Sequence record: NC_070956.1
Length of the DNA: 64,000 nucleotides
Direction: 5' to 3' (one strand)
Position 1 is the stretch's first letter. Each line of letters opens with the position of its first letter. Positions 1 to 9,137 of the stretch are shown here, in pieces. Below the pieces are notes generated by a model. It saw only the letters and a list, made by a program, of their open reading frames with translations. It did no database searches and was not told the origin of the DNA. The translations under genes and the position numbers were made by a program.

Positions 1-6
1 AAGAAC

Positions 7-39
7 TAGACTCTCAGGACTATGGGTCCTGAGAGTCTA
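7..39. terminator. Inverted-repeat hairpin, probable terminator
   Basis: TAGACTCTCAGGAC-TATGG-GTCCTGAGAGTCTA, perfect 14-bp stem, intergenic. Confidence 0.6.
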
Positions 40-55
40 TCTATTTGGAGTTGGC

Positions 56-598
56 ATGATTCTGCAAAATTCCGGTAAGGGGAATTACTTTACCTTTTCA
101 TTTATTTTAACTGGTCGTTATGAACATCCCGTATCAAATGCGATAGGGTATGGACTGACAACAATGATCAGTATGTACACAATGGACGAGACAGGCGAAG
201 AAGTCACCTTGTCAAATCCATTCAATCGTGACGCAGCCAGATACATCATGGAAGATTATCTTCTCAACTATTACACTGCCAACAGTACGCTATCGGCTGC
301 TCTTGATAGCGCCTGTAGCGAGTTGTTAGCGATAGTTGAAAGTCCCCAAGGTGATGAACTGGAAAACTTTTTGTGCCACTCATATGGAGTTACAGAGTGT
401 TTTACCAGAGGTGAGGAACGGATCGTCAAACTGTTTATTAAGGAAGGTGGTATAGCATCTTCACTTGATGAGCTGGAATCTATCCAGGACAGCATGTTCC
501 GGTATGATGAGTACGCTTCTGTCGTAGGTGGAGTAAGTTCTCCCTATTACTTCCTGGATAAAGGCCCTCCTGTTAATCTTGATGATATACCATTTTAA
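56..598 (+). CDS. Hypothetical acidic protein (180 aa)
   Basis: ORF with GGAG upstream; no recognisable motif. Confidence 0.75.
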   Translation: MILQNSGKGNYFTFSFILTGRYEHPVSNAIGYGLTTMISMYTMDETGEEVTLSNPFNRDAARYIMEDYLLNYYTANSTLSAALDSACSELLAIVESPQGDELENFLCHSYGVTECFTRGEERIVKLFIKEGGIASSLDELESIQDSMFRYDEYASVVGGVSSPYYFLDKGPPVNLDDIPF

Positions 599-621
599 AC
601 AAAACTAAATAAGGAGTCGTG

Positions 622-1128
622 ATGACTTTAGCTCAAGCATTCGCTGAGTTCAACCAGGTAGTTAATCCTATCCAGTTGTCACTCAACGTTCGTATACCGG
701 ATCTCCCCGAATATGTAGAGGGAATGAACTATCAGCAGATACTGATAGCACTGGAAGGTGCATTTAACACTGTAGTGTCAGCAGCAGTTAATAACCAAGC
801 TATTAACCCTGATTACGAAATGTTTGAAGAAGAAATCAGGGCCAACACGCTTGAACAATTGATGTCGAACGTGGACGCTGATACTGTTGATGTGGGACTG
901 GGGTACGAATCCCAATATGATTCCCTGGTCAATAAACTGGCTATGGACATCACCGATGATTACGATAATCCGGATGTCCAGGTGATGTACAACGAGATGT
1001 ACAATGCAAGTTGGATGAGGATCAATCTGTACCACTACATGGACCGTGTCCAAGAACTCAGGTTGGTTGTATCGTTCCATTACGATCAAGGACCTGGAAC
1101 ATTGAACGGTGTGCCAGAAGTAGCATAA
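622..1128 (+). CDS. Hypothetical acidic protein (168 aa)
   Basis: AAGGAG at 611-616; ATG 622 is better spaced than GTG 619; followed by hairpin. Confidence 0.75.
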   Translation: MTLAQAFAEFNQVVNPIQLSLNVRIPDLPEYVEGMNYQQILIALEGAFNTVVSAAVNNQAINPDYEMFEEEIRANTLEQLMSNVDADTVDVGLGYESQYDSLVNKLAMDITDDYDNPDVQVMYNEMYNASWMRINLYHYMDRVQELRLVVSFHYDQGPGTLNGVPEVA

Positions 1129-1131
1129 TGT

Positions 1132-1165
1132 AATTCACCCTCTCCCTGGTGGGAGAGGGTGAATT
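1132..1165. terminator. Bidirectional terminator between convergent genes
   Basis: AATTCACCCTCTCCC-TGGT-GGGAGAGGGTGAATT, 15-bp stem followed by T run. Confidence 0.85.
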
Positions 1166-1182
1166 GTTCTTATTTTTTTTTG

Positions 1183-2496
1183 TTACAAACTGATTGTGTC
1201 GAGGTCCAGCGTAATAGTCTTCAACGTGGATACGTGCATACCCTTCATGCGCGTCAGCATGAACTGGGTGAAGATGTAGACAACTTCAGCTGAAACACGA
1301 GTCTCTATAGACCCCAACTTCTCACCACAACAGGTCCGGCAGAGGTTATCATCAGGCTGGACACAGAACTGCGGAACACGCATCTTGATGGGTTTACCGA
1401 TGAGTGCCTTATCACCGCTCTCGATGAGAACAGGTTTCCCATCAACCATGTGATAACCACCAACCCAGCCCTTGAATGTGTCCTTGGAAATCACCACATC
1501 CTCAGTACGAGTAGTGCCGCAATCTACAGAACCTACAGAGATACGGTTAGTAAGGAGGATTGCTACCTTAACTTCCGCACCACCTTCACCAGTAGCGTTA
1601 CCCCGGTCGAACGACGCAGAGATAGCAGTGTTGATGTACTTGGGGAAGTGGTCATGATCCCAACCTTCATTCAGGGATTTCCGTAGCAGGGTATATTTAC
1701 CGGTATTGAAATCAGGAACCATGTCAAAGATGAGGAACATCTTCTTACGGGCGTTATCGATAAACTTGCCATTGATAAAGAAGTCTTTGGAAGGACCGCT
1801 ATACTGGATCTTGGCATCCATAGCGACTACTTCATCGATCATCTTAGCAACGGCGACAGGGTCACCCAGTTTACCTTCCTTTTCCAACTCAGCAAGCAAC
1901 TTATCCCGATGCGCAATAACATCAGGATGTACTGTGAGCACGTCGATGGAAGAAGCCTTAACGAATACATCGTTCATCCCTTCCAGGAAGTCGAGATTCT
2001 TGGTGATGTCCAGGCATTGGTTTACAGAAGCTTTACCAGCGGGGACCGTTCCCTCGGGACCAGGGTTGTCAACCATGATGGAGTCAATCAGACCCTTGAT
2101 AGTTCCACCACCTATCTTACCGTTGATGTAAGAACCAGCATCACCCACGGCTTCTTTGATCACAACCATGTTGACCAAGAAGATTCCTACCGTGGTTTCG
2201 TACTTTTGATTCAACCAACCATTGGTAGTTTGATCTACTGTAAACTTCTCGTTCTTATGGAAGAGAGGTGCTTCGAAAGGAGTGTGCTCAATAAACACTT
2301 TCTCTCCATCCGGACGGAAGAAATAGATCTTCTTCTCTTCCTCATCCCGGTAGACGGAATACGGAGCTGTCTTCAGTTTGGCCACGTTGTTTGGTGTTGA
2401 CTTAACCAAAGAAAAGATAGAGAGCAGAAAGGTCTTTCGGGTATACGCCCTGGCATTGAACGCTTCTACCAGGAATTCGAATTTGTTCATTGACAC
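1183..2496 (-). CDS. Virion RNA polymerase beta' subunit, C-terminal piece (phiKZ gp80-like)
   Basis: RVPQFC-x6-CRTCCG resembles the beta' zinc site (RSP-x-C...C-x-x-CYG); RISVGSVDCGT resembles the beta' 'DCGT' segment; split RNAP subunits are typical of phiKZ-like phages. Confidence 0.75.
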   Translation of the reverse strand: MSMNKFEFLVEAFNARAYTRKTFLLSIFSLVKSTPNNVAKLKTAPYSVYRDEEEKKIYFFRPDGEKVFIEHTPFEAPLFHKNEKFTVDQTTNGWLNQKYETTVGIFLVNMVVIKEAVGDAGSYINGKIGGGTIKGLIDSIMVDNPGPEGTVPAGKASVNQCLDITKNLDFLEGMNDVFVKASSIDVLTVHPDVIAHRDKLLAELEKEGKLGDPVAVAKMIDEVVAMDAKIQYSGPSKDFFINGKFIDNARKKMFLIFDMVPDFNTGKYTLLRKSLNEGWDHDHFPKYINTAISASFDRGNATGEGGAEVKVAILLTNRISVGSVDCGTTRTEDVVISKDTFKGWVGGYHMVDGKPVLIESGDKALIGKPIKMRVPQFCVQPDDNLCRTCCGEKLGSIETRVSAEVVYIFTQFMLTRMKGMHVSTLKTITLDLDTISL

Positions 2497-3383
2497 AAGT
2501 TCACCTCTTTCAATACTGCTTGGGCACGGTACATAATTTCCGTAGTTTCAGAAACGTCATTGATGAGGGACATCACTGCCCCTTCAATCTCCGCACCGGT
2601 CATCGGGGTCAGCAACATAATGCTGATCATGTTCTTGATGTATTCCACCGGATTGTTCAGCATCATCTCGCCTACTTCAGCAGCAAACAAGTTCATGTAG
2701 ATATCCAGTTGTTGTTGGACACCACCGCCATCAACTATGTGACGTTCACCAATGGTTCCTTTAAGAAACGCTTTGTTGGCTACCAGACGTTTCTTAAAGA
2801 AGGGTTCCATGTACTGGTCATCATCCGTACTCAGAATGTTCAAACCAATCAACATACCTTTGGTAACATCGACGGAAACATCCTTGATAACGTACGGTAG
2901 TTTTTCTTGGTCCATCAACGGATCAACCAAAGCCATAACTTGGATGAAACGTTCCTTCGGATCGATACCCTCGTCTTCCAGCACATCTGATAAACCCAGG
3001 ATGTCTTCTATACCGTCGACGGTATAGATGGTATCGAGGATCTTTGTCAGGATAACCAACTCGTCAGGACCAATGTAGTCCATGTCGATCATGATCCCCA
3101 TTGCTTGGAGGCAATCTACCAAAGCGTAAATGAGTATCTTACGTACTGCCTGAATGGTATCAGGAGTATCGTATCCTTCATCGATCAAAACGGTCGTGAT
3201 GTTAGTGTCCAGGAAACCATTATTTCCACCCGGAACACATTCCAGGGATAGCGTAATTAAGTTGTACGCATCCTGTAATTGTATAGCCGCTTCAGGTGTA
3301 CACCTGACCGCGAAGTCATCCCACATTTCGCCAAGATTATCACTGGCAAGGTTAGCGTTAGTGAGATCAATCATATCTGACAT
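2487..3383 (-). CDS. Putative virion protein (phiKZ gp79-like by synteny)
   Basis: 298-aa acidic ORF overlapping the RNAP gene start; AAAGGA RBS. Confidence 0.65.
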   Translation of the reverse strand: MSDMIDLTNANLASDNLGEMWDDFAVRCTPEAAIQLQDAYNLITLSLECVPGGNNGFLDTNITTVLIDEGYDTPDTIQAVRKILIYALVDCLQAMGIMIDMDYIGPDELVILTKILDTIYTVDGIEDILGLSDVLEDEGIDPKERFIQVMALVDPLMDQEKLPYVIKDVSVDVTKGMLIGLNILSTDDDQYMEPFFKKRLVANKAFLKGTIGERHIVDGGGVQQQLDIYMNLFAAEVGEMMLNNPVEYIKNMISIMLLTPMTGAEIEGAVMSLINDVSETTEIMYRAQAVLKEVNLCQ

Positions 3384-3425
3384 AATCTTGTCCTTTCAAC
3401 TGTAAGTTCATAATGGAGTCATAAC

Positions 3426-4094
3426 ATGTCTAATAAGGTTCAACTTAAAGCAGCACGGAAGCGTGCCGAACGTAAAGTAGCCTCCAGCCGTAAAAACGGT
3501 CGTCGTCGTCTCGCTATCCATCAGAGTGTTCCTCAACTCATGGAAGCCGCCAAGAGCCAGATCGAACTCGCCCTGGAACGTCACCAGCTGGAGAGTCCTT
3601 TCGACATCGCCCGTCGAAGCGATGGTAGTGAAGTCCCTGCCATGGATAAGGGTGCTATGATTCAAGGTTGCCGCAAGTCCACCACCGAAGTTTTCCGGAT
3701 GTTCAGCTACCTGGCCGCAGCCAAGTCCCTGGTCGATCAGGGTCGCATCGAATTCGAATTCAAACTGGACCTGGATCAGTGCGCTGCTGATATCGCTGCT
3801 CTGGATCGTCGCGTTATCCGTCTGAACGTTCTGGTAGAAGGTGAAGATGACGTCTTCGGTTACGAACTCATGGATATCGGTTCTACTCTGGAGAACCTGG
3901 GTTCTGTCATCTATGATGAAGTCTCTCGTCTTGAGCCGCAAGCTCTGGTCCTCGACAGCTACATCAATCATGCCGCCCAACAAGTCGTCGCCGATCCTGA
4001 AAATGAGATCGCTGACCTCAAGCAGGCCAACCAAACCGTACTCCAATCTCTGGCGTACACTCTGATCAAACCCCACATGGTAAATAAAGCTTAA
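3426..4094 (+). CDS. Hypothetical protein with strongly basic N-terminus
   Basis: 222-aa ORF, GGAG RBS, phage-like codon bias; 12 K/R in first 28 aa. Confidence 0.8.
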   Translation: MSNKVQLKAARKRAERKVASSRKNGRRRLAIHQSVPQLMEAAKSQIELALERHQLESPFDIARRSDGSEVPAMDKGAMIQGCRKSTTEVFRMFSYLAAAKSLVDQGRIEFEFKLDLDQCAADIAALDRRVIRLNVLVEGEDDVFGYELMDIGSTLENLGSVIYDEVSRLEPQALVLDSYINHAAQQVVADPENEIADLKQANQTVLQSLAYTLIKPHMVNKA

Positions 4095-4105
4095 GGAGCT
4101 TTTGA

Positions 4106-5701
4106 ATGTCTGATCAAGAAAAACCCATCGACGTACTGCGTGCGGCAGTTCTTCTCGGTAAGCCGGACACTATTGGGTTCGGCATCCCCATCTTTACTGG
4201 CGGACTCAAAGAGCAGCACCGTGTGATCCTGGAAGCAGCTCAACTCTTCTATGCCATCCGTGAGCTCGAAAGCGAGATGGAAAAGAATGGTCGCACCGAC
4301 CAGACCACACTGAACTCCCTCCGTGTTCGTTACACCGAACACACTGAGGAACACTTCCAGGGTGTAAGTGAGAAACAACTGGCAGAGATGCTGGTGAACT
4401 ATTTCACTTTCTACCGACGGACTCTCGATCGCATCCAGATGCGCGATGATGTCACCACCGAGCGCCAACACAAACCCAATGCTAACGTGGTGACTACTCA
4501 ACGTGGTCCTATCGGGATCATTAACAGCATCAAACCCGGTAAGCTCGGGAATCTGTCCATGAAGGACAGGATGCGGAAGAACTTCGCCAAATCCTCCGGT
4601 AGTGTGGACGGCTTCTCGATCATGCTGATGAACAGCCGGGTCTTCCTGAAGATCAAACTCCCCACTCCCATGGACCTTCTGTTGTTGATGAACAAGATCG
4701 CCAACAAACTCTCTGGGTTTGGTAAGCGTGTTCGCGCATCATCCCTGGAGCTGGAGCGTGCACTGATCGTTCGTGAAGTTGTCGAGTTCGTTATCGAGAT
4801 GGCGACCTACTGGAGTGTCTCTGACATCCTGGATGCTCGCGAACTGCTCAACGTGATCAAGGAAAGCGATGCCAACCACCTGGCTGTAGCAATCCTTGCA
4901 GCTTCTGCACCCAAAGGTCTGAACTACCGTATGAGCTGCCTGGCTCACAAGTGTAACTTCAGCGATGACGTTCTGATCGACGCGGCCAACATGGTTCACT
5001 TCGACAACGAACGTTACCCGGCGAAGTACATGGAACAGGTCCAGATGATCTTGAACACCGGTCACAAGTTCTCCATCCAGGAACTGCATGATTCCGATGT
5101 TCCCTTCATCGATACCGACGGGACCGAGATCGAGACACGGTTCACCATGAACGATGGTTCCGTGAGCATCGAGCTCAAAGAACCGTACCTCGCAGATTAC
5201 TTCGAGTGTTTCGATAACGCCGCCGCTCGTATCAACCCTCAACTCCGTCAACTGGCTGTCCAGTTCTCTGAACCTGAGCGCTACAAGCGCGAGTACCAGA
5301 GCTACATGGGCAGTATCCGGACCAACAACTACACGCAGTGGGTAGATAAGATCATCTTCCACGTAGCTGCCGGTGAAGAAGGTGAAGACGAAGTAATGTC
5401 CCGCGGGGATAACCCGAAAGAGTTCGACGAAGGTCTGATCGACTGTCTGGGTAGTCAAGAAGAACTCGCCGGTATCTTGCTGGAGCGTGTCATCAAAGTC
5501 ATTCCCCGCCTGTCCTACACCAGCGTAGGGATTCTGTCAACAGAGTGCCCTCAGTGCAAACAAACCACTGACGAAGAAGTTACCAAGGTCCATGGTGGTT
5601 ACACCCCCATCGATCCGTTCCTGACTTTTTTCGACCACACCCAAATGTTGATAGAACTGCGGAGGGAGCTGGCGATTACACAAGAGGAGCTTCTTTCCTA
5701 G
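4106..5701 (+). CDS. Conserved phiKZ-like protein (gp77-like), candidate tail/baseplate assembly chaperone, unshifted product
   Basis: 531 aa, AAGGAG RBS, two Cys pairs (CLAHKC, CPQCK), slippery T-TTT-TTC at 5626-5632 near the C-terminus. Confidence 0.7.
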   Translation: MSDQEKPIDVLRAAVLLGKPDTIGFGIPIFTGGLKEQHRVILEAAQLFYAIRELESEMEKNGRTDQTTLNSLRVRYTEHTEEHFQGVSEKQLAEMLVNYFTFYRRTLDRIQMRDDVTTERQHKPNANVVTTQRGPIGIINSIKPGKLGNLSMKDRMRKNFAKSSGSVDGFSIMLMNSRVFLKIKLPTPMDLLLLMNKIANKLSGFGKRVRASSLELERALIVREVVEFVIEMATYWSVSDILDARELLNVIKESDANHLAVAILAASAPKGLNYRMSCLAHKCNFSDDVLIDAANMVHFDNERYPAKYMEQVQMILNTGHKFSIQELHDSDVPFIDTDGTEIETRFTMNDGSVSIELKEPYLADYFECFDNAAARINPQLRQLAVQFSEPERYKREYQSYMGSIRTNNYTQWVDKIIFHVAAGEEGEDEVMSRGDNPKEFDEGLIDCLGSQEELAGILLERVIKVIPRLSYTSVGILSTECPQCKQTTDEEVTKVHGGYTPIDPFLTFFDHTQMLIELRRELAITQEELLS

Positions 5702-6147
5702 AACTGCCGGGTTCACTCTCTCAATTCCAGAAGGCAGAGGAAGTAGCCATCCGTGAGTTCATAGCACTACAAGAATTAGAAGGGCTCGAAACAAGAGCCC
5801 TTTATAAGAAAGAGTTGAAGATATTCATGAAATCCAGAGGTTGGATAAGTGAACGCGATTCTTTCTCTATTCTGTTGTGTTATAACCGTTCTCTAAGAGA
5901 GTACACACACAGATGGTCACCCGGCTCTTTTGGTGAAATGTTTGGGTATCGTGAGTACTCTGAGATCATACCGCTTAAAGAGTTTCTTACAACCCCAATG
6001 GCGGTGGTCGAGGATATTTTGGAAGGTGTCGGTAAAGGCCGCACCGATATTAAGAAGGCGAAGGACGCAGCACGGTCTGCCGACGAAAAACGTAAGGAAG
6101 ATCCTGCAAGCATTCTTCAACGAGAACTTAATAAACTCAAGGGGTAA
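5629..6147 (+). CDS. -1 frame extension of the 4106 gene (predicted programmed frameshift; fused product 680 aa)
   Basis: -1 frame open 5572-6147; first TTG at 5815 and first ATG at 5827, neither with a good SD; reads FRPHPNVDRT...ELNKLKG. Confidence 0.7.
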   Translation, partial: FRPHPNVDRTAEGAGDYTRGASFLELPGSLSQFQKAEEVAIREFIALQELEGLETRALYKKELKIFMKSRGWISERDSFSILLCYNRSLREYTHRWSPGSFGEMFGYREYSEIIPLKEFLTTPMAVVEDILEGVGKGRTDIKKAKDAARSADEKRKEDPASILQRELNKLKG

Positions 6148-6152
6148 TTTAA

Positions 6153-6698
6153 ATGGGTAAGTATATTCCGCCTGTTACCGAGCAACGCGACTCCGCTGTT
6201 GTTCTCCAGGGCGAGAAAGAAAAGAACATGGACACCTCCGTTGGTGTCCCTACCGAAGTTCGTCCGACCACACCGGTCGAAATCTACAAAGATAAGATCG
6301 ACGAATTTGTCGGTTTCCTCAAACACGAGAACAACGCCGGTCAGCCCGAAATCCGTGCTAAGTATCAGGTTGGTGTTATCACCATGTTCGATCTGATCCT
6401 GGGAATGGATTACAACGAGATGGAAGAAGTGATCGACCACCTGGTCATTACTATTGGTAAGCACCCGCACGTCTTCACCAACAGTAACACCCTGGCGCCG
6501 CTCTACGCAGTCGAGAACCGCAAGTTGCTCGTAGCAGCGTCCATCCAGCGCTACAAGTGGTTCATGACCTTCTTCATCGGTCTGTCGAACAACATTCGTC
6601 AGCGTGCGCAGTATGTCGAAGGTTACGACATTACTCGGTTCATTTCTATGTTCCCTGTTAAGGCTCGTGAGAACCTCCACAACTACATCTATCGTTAA
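6153..6698 (+). CDS. Hypothetical protein (181 aa)
   Basis: ORF with AAGGGG RBS, strong codon bias, followed by hairpin. Confidence 0.8.
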   Translation: MGKYIPPVTEQRDSAVVLQGEKEKNMDTSVGVPTEVRPTTPVEIYKDKIDEFVGFLKHENNAGQPEIRAKYQVGVITMFDLILGMDYNEMEEVIDHLVITIGKHPHVFTNSNTLAPLYAVENRKLLVAASIQRYKWFMTFFIGLSNNIRQRAQYVEGYDITRFISMFPVKARENLHNYIYR

Positions 6699-6712
6699 TT
6701 CGATGTAAAGAT

Positions 6713-6741
6713 CCCTCTCCCTCCGAAAGGATGGGAGAGGG
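6713..6741 (+). terminator. GAAA-loop terminator hairpin
   Basis: CCCTCTCCCTCC-GAAA-GGATGGGAGAGGG followed by GTTTATATT. Confidence 0.75.
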
Positions 6742-6760
6742 GTTTATATTGTCTATAACT

Positions 6761-6785
6761 TTTCAAACCTACATTATTAAGGTGA
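6761..6785 (+). promoter_or_regulatory. Putative early (virion RNAP) promoter
   Basis: TTTCAAACCTACATTATTAAGGTGA matches three other intergenic copies; resembles the phiKZ early TATATTAC core. Confidence 0.6.
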
Positions 6786-6842
6786 TGGAAACATCAACGT
6801 TATCAATGGTGATAACGCACTAACGCTGCTAAGGAGCACACA

Positions 6843-7676
6843 ATGTTTAAATCAACTTTGATCAACACCACCCCGGTAGTCTCTGTTATTTCCGAGCAAG
6901 AAAACGAATTCAACTTTCTACTCGTTTACGGACGGACATCAGGTGGAAGAGATATTCCATTGGTGATAATGGATACTGAAGCGAAAGACATCAGGACCCA
7001 AGCTGAAGTGTTCCTGAGAATGATGGACGACAAGTCCATTGACAATCACAATGCGTCCCACTTTATATGGCGGGGCCCGTATCTGATTCTCCGTACTTTC
7101 GGCCACCGTTCTTTTGAAGCAACCATCAGCGATTCCAGAACTGAAAAGTTCGGGTCGAGAGAAGGGCACAAGAACGTACTGAAACGTTTGATCGGGGTGA
7201 TCACCGAGTTCCTTGCCGGACAACACGATTACTCCAAGTACAGTGTGGAGACTGATACAATCAAACACGTCTTCTACAATGAGAGCGTGATTGTTGACGG
7301 GACCGCCAGTATCTCTCGGGTTCAATCTTTCAATGCTGTTTGTAAAACACTGGAAGAACCCAACAAGAAGATGTTGACGTTGACGAGTATTAAGGGCGCT
7401 ATCAACATCGTGGTCACCGAAGAAATGGATCTCTCTGGTCTGCTCAAATCCATTGAGCGTGGCGTGGGTGGTGAGAGTTTTGTCTCCACGGAAACCGGTG
7501 CGAATAACTTCGGACACTCCAGTTTGATCTACCACGTTATGGAACCCAACAAAGGTTGTAACGAACCACACATCCGGATTATCCATAGTACCAAATCCAA
7601 AGGAGCGTCGTTGGCCTTTATAGCGACCCCTTTGTTTATTGAACGGATAACAGAAGTTGTAATGTCTGCACGGTAA
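6843..7676 (+). CDS. Hypothetical putative early protein (277 aa)
   Basis: AAGGAG RBS; downstream of promoter motif; followed by its own terminator. Confidence 0.8.
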   Translation: MFKSTLINTTPVVSVISEQENEFNFLLVYGRTSGGRDIPLVIMDTEAKDIRTQAEVFLRMMDDKSIDNHNASHFIWRGPYLILRTFGHRSFEATISDSRTEKFGSREGHKNVLKRLIGVITEFLAGQHDYSKYSVETDTIKHVFYNESVIVDGTASISRVQSFNAVCKTLEEPNKKMLTLTSIKGAINIVVTEEMDLSGLLKSIERGVGGESFVSTETGANNFGHSSLIYHVMEPNKGCNEPHIRIIHSTKSKGASLAFIATPLFIERITEVVMSAR

Positions 7677-7681
7677 CGATA

Positions 7682-7714
7682 AACCCTCCTCAACCATAAT
7701 GGTTGAGGAGGGTT
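7682..7714 (+). terminator. Terminator hairpin
   Basis: AACCCTCCTCAACCA-TAA-TGGTTGAGGAGGGTT followed by T-rich tract. Confidence 0.8.
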
Positions 7715-7766
7715 ACCTTTCTTATATTTCTTTTTGATTATATGCCATCTATAGAAGGAATATAAC

Positions 7767-8777
7767 GTGAACGTAGACATTAATGATATCGACCATGTGC
7801 TCAGTTGCATGAGTGGTTTTGAAGCATTTTCCAATCAGCAGGATAATAGCGATGCAGAGTACGCCAAGTCCTGTCTCAAACTCAATGGGGTGAACCTGGT
7901 CGCCATCGCCGGTAATGAGAGTTTCTTTGAAGCCATCAAACAGGGCGGAAAGAAGATGTACGAGATGATCGTCAATCTTCTCAGGGGAATCAAGAACTTC
8001 TTCTTTGGTTCCGGTGGAACCGGGAAAGATAAAGCAGTTTCCCAAGCGAAGACCGAAGTGAACAATGCCAAGAAAAGCATTGTCATTACGGTGAAGACTT
8101 TGGAGAAAGGGGATCTCCCTAGTGGGTCACCCGGTGTTTCCAACACCAACCTGAACCGCGCCAAAGAAATGCTGGAAGAAGGTAAAGCCGCCGCTGAACA
8201 GATCAACAAACTGATGAGTGGTGAGAACTTTGCGCAAGGTGCCGAAAAATGGACCAAGTTCGTAGAGAACTATACCAGTGTCATGTGGACTGCTGAAAGC
8301 CGTGCCCACTTTGTACGCAACATTCCTCAGGTTAAGGTGAGCGACCTTGCCGCCCAAACCACCAAGCTCGAAAAGAGTCTCCGGGAAGTTGTTGCTGCTA
8401 TTAAAGACGGTAACAAATACAACCACAATAATGCCCAGTATATCGTAACTACGGTGGAAGGCGGTAGCAAGGTTATCGATGCGATGGACAAGGCACGGAG
8501 CGCAGCCAAAGAAATGCTCGCAAAAGTCACCATCGATTTGGAACACAACAACAAAGAGTACAAGAAACTCTTGGAGTTTACCGACGAAGTTCTTGTTAAC
8601 CGTGGTAAGGAAATGCAGAAGCTCAGTAGCGATCTCGTCCGCGTTACTAACAATCTCACCGCACTGATCAAGGACCTGGAAGAAAGCATCAGCTCGCTCT
8701 GTTATGGTGTTGGGCGCATCGCCAAGAAATTGGGTGTGGAGTTTAATAACCCACTTACCTCCATTTTGGCCAAATAA
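7767..8777 (+). CDS. Putative internal head protein, paralog of 27358..28299
   Basis: GTG start with AGAAGGA; YAKSCLKLNG...AGNESF shared with the 27358 protein; helical K/E-rich body. Confidence 0.65.
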   Translation: MNVDINDIDHVLSCMSGFEAFSNQQDNSDAEYAKSCLKLNGVNLVAIAGNESFFEAIKQGGKKMYEMIVNLLRGIKNFFFGSGGTGKDKAVSQAKTEVNNAKKSIVITVKTLEKGDLPSGSPGVSNTNLNRAKEMLEEGKAAAEQINKLMSGENFAQGAEKWTKFVENYTSVMWTAESRAHFVRNIPQVKVSDLAAQTTKLEKSLREVVAAIKDGNKYNHNNAQYIVTTVEGGSKVIDAMDKARSAAKEMLAKVTIDLEHNNKEYKKLLEFTDEVLVNRGKEMQKLSSDLVRVTNNLTALIKDLEESISSLCYGVGRIAKKLGVEFNNPLTSILAK

Positions 8778-8786
8778 CAAATAAAG

Positions 8787-8820
8787 AACTCCTACCTCCC
8801 TTAACGGGGAGGTAGGAGTT
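8787..8820 (+). terminator. Terminator hairpin
   Basis: AACTCCTACCTCCC-TTAACG-GGGAGGTAGGAGTT, perfect 14-bp stem. Confidence 0.8.
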
Positions 8821-8834
8821 AATTTTCTATTTTA

Positions 8835-8859
8835 TTTCAAACCGATATTACTTAGTTGA
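8835..8859 (+). promoter_or_regulatory. Putative early promoter
   Basis: TTTCAAACCGATATTACTTAGTTGA contains ATATTAC. Confidence 0.65.
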
Positions 8860-8937
8860 TAAACAAATGGTTTATCGAATCAGCGTGTAAGTTGCACAAC
8901 CAACTTACACATCTTTCAACTACACGGGAGGTGACAT

Positions 8938-9069
8938 ATGTCTCTTTCAGGTTTGGTGAAGTTTAATTCGAATCGCGCTAATAGCGGTGAGAAACAACAG
9001 GCGCCTAATCAAGGTAACGGATTTGTGGTGACAGCCACGAAACGCATGCCGGACTACCTTAACAAATAA
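8938..9069 (+). CDS. Small protein, 43 aa (MSLSGLVKFNSNRANSGEKQQAPNQGNGFVVTATKRMPDYLNK)
   Basis: Below the ORF-track cutoff; strong GGGAGGTG SD; promoter upstream and terminator downstream. Confidence 0.65.
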   Translation: MSLSGLVKFNSNRANSGEKQQAPNQGNGFVVTATKRMPDYLNK

Positions 9070-9089
9070 TAGGTGGTCAACGTAATAAA

Positions 9090-9114
9090 GTACCTCTCCC
9101 ATTGGGAGAGGTAC
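9090..9114. terminator. Bidirectional terminator hairpin
   Basis: GTACCTCTCCC-ATT-GGGAGAGGTAC between convergent genes, T run downstream. Confidence 0.75.
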
Positions 9115-9137
9115 TACACCCATAACTTATTTTTTTT

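Noticed and set aside
5815-6147. Independent 110-aa gene starting at TTG 5815
   Set aside because: No good SD, and the frame is open about 60 codons further up to a slippery site; better explained as a frameshift extension.
8022-8028. GGGAAAG lambda-type slippery heptamer in the 7767 gene
   Set aside because: Read as GGG AAA G, the wrong phase for tandem -1 slippage.
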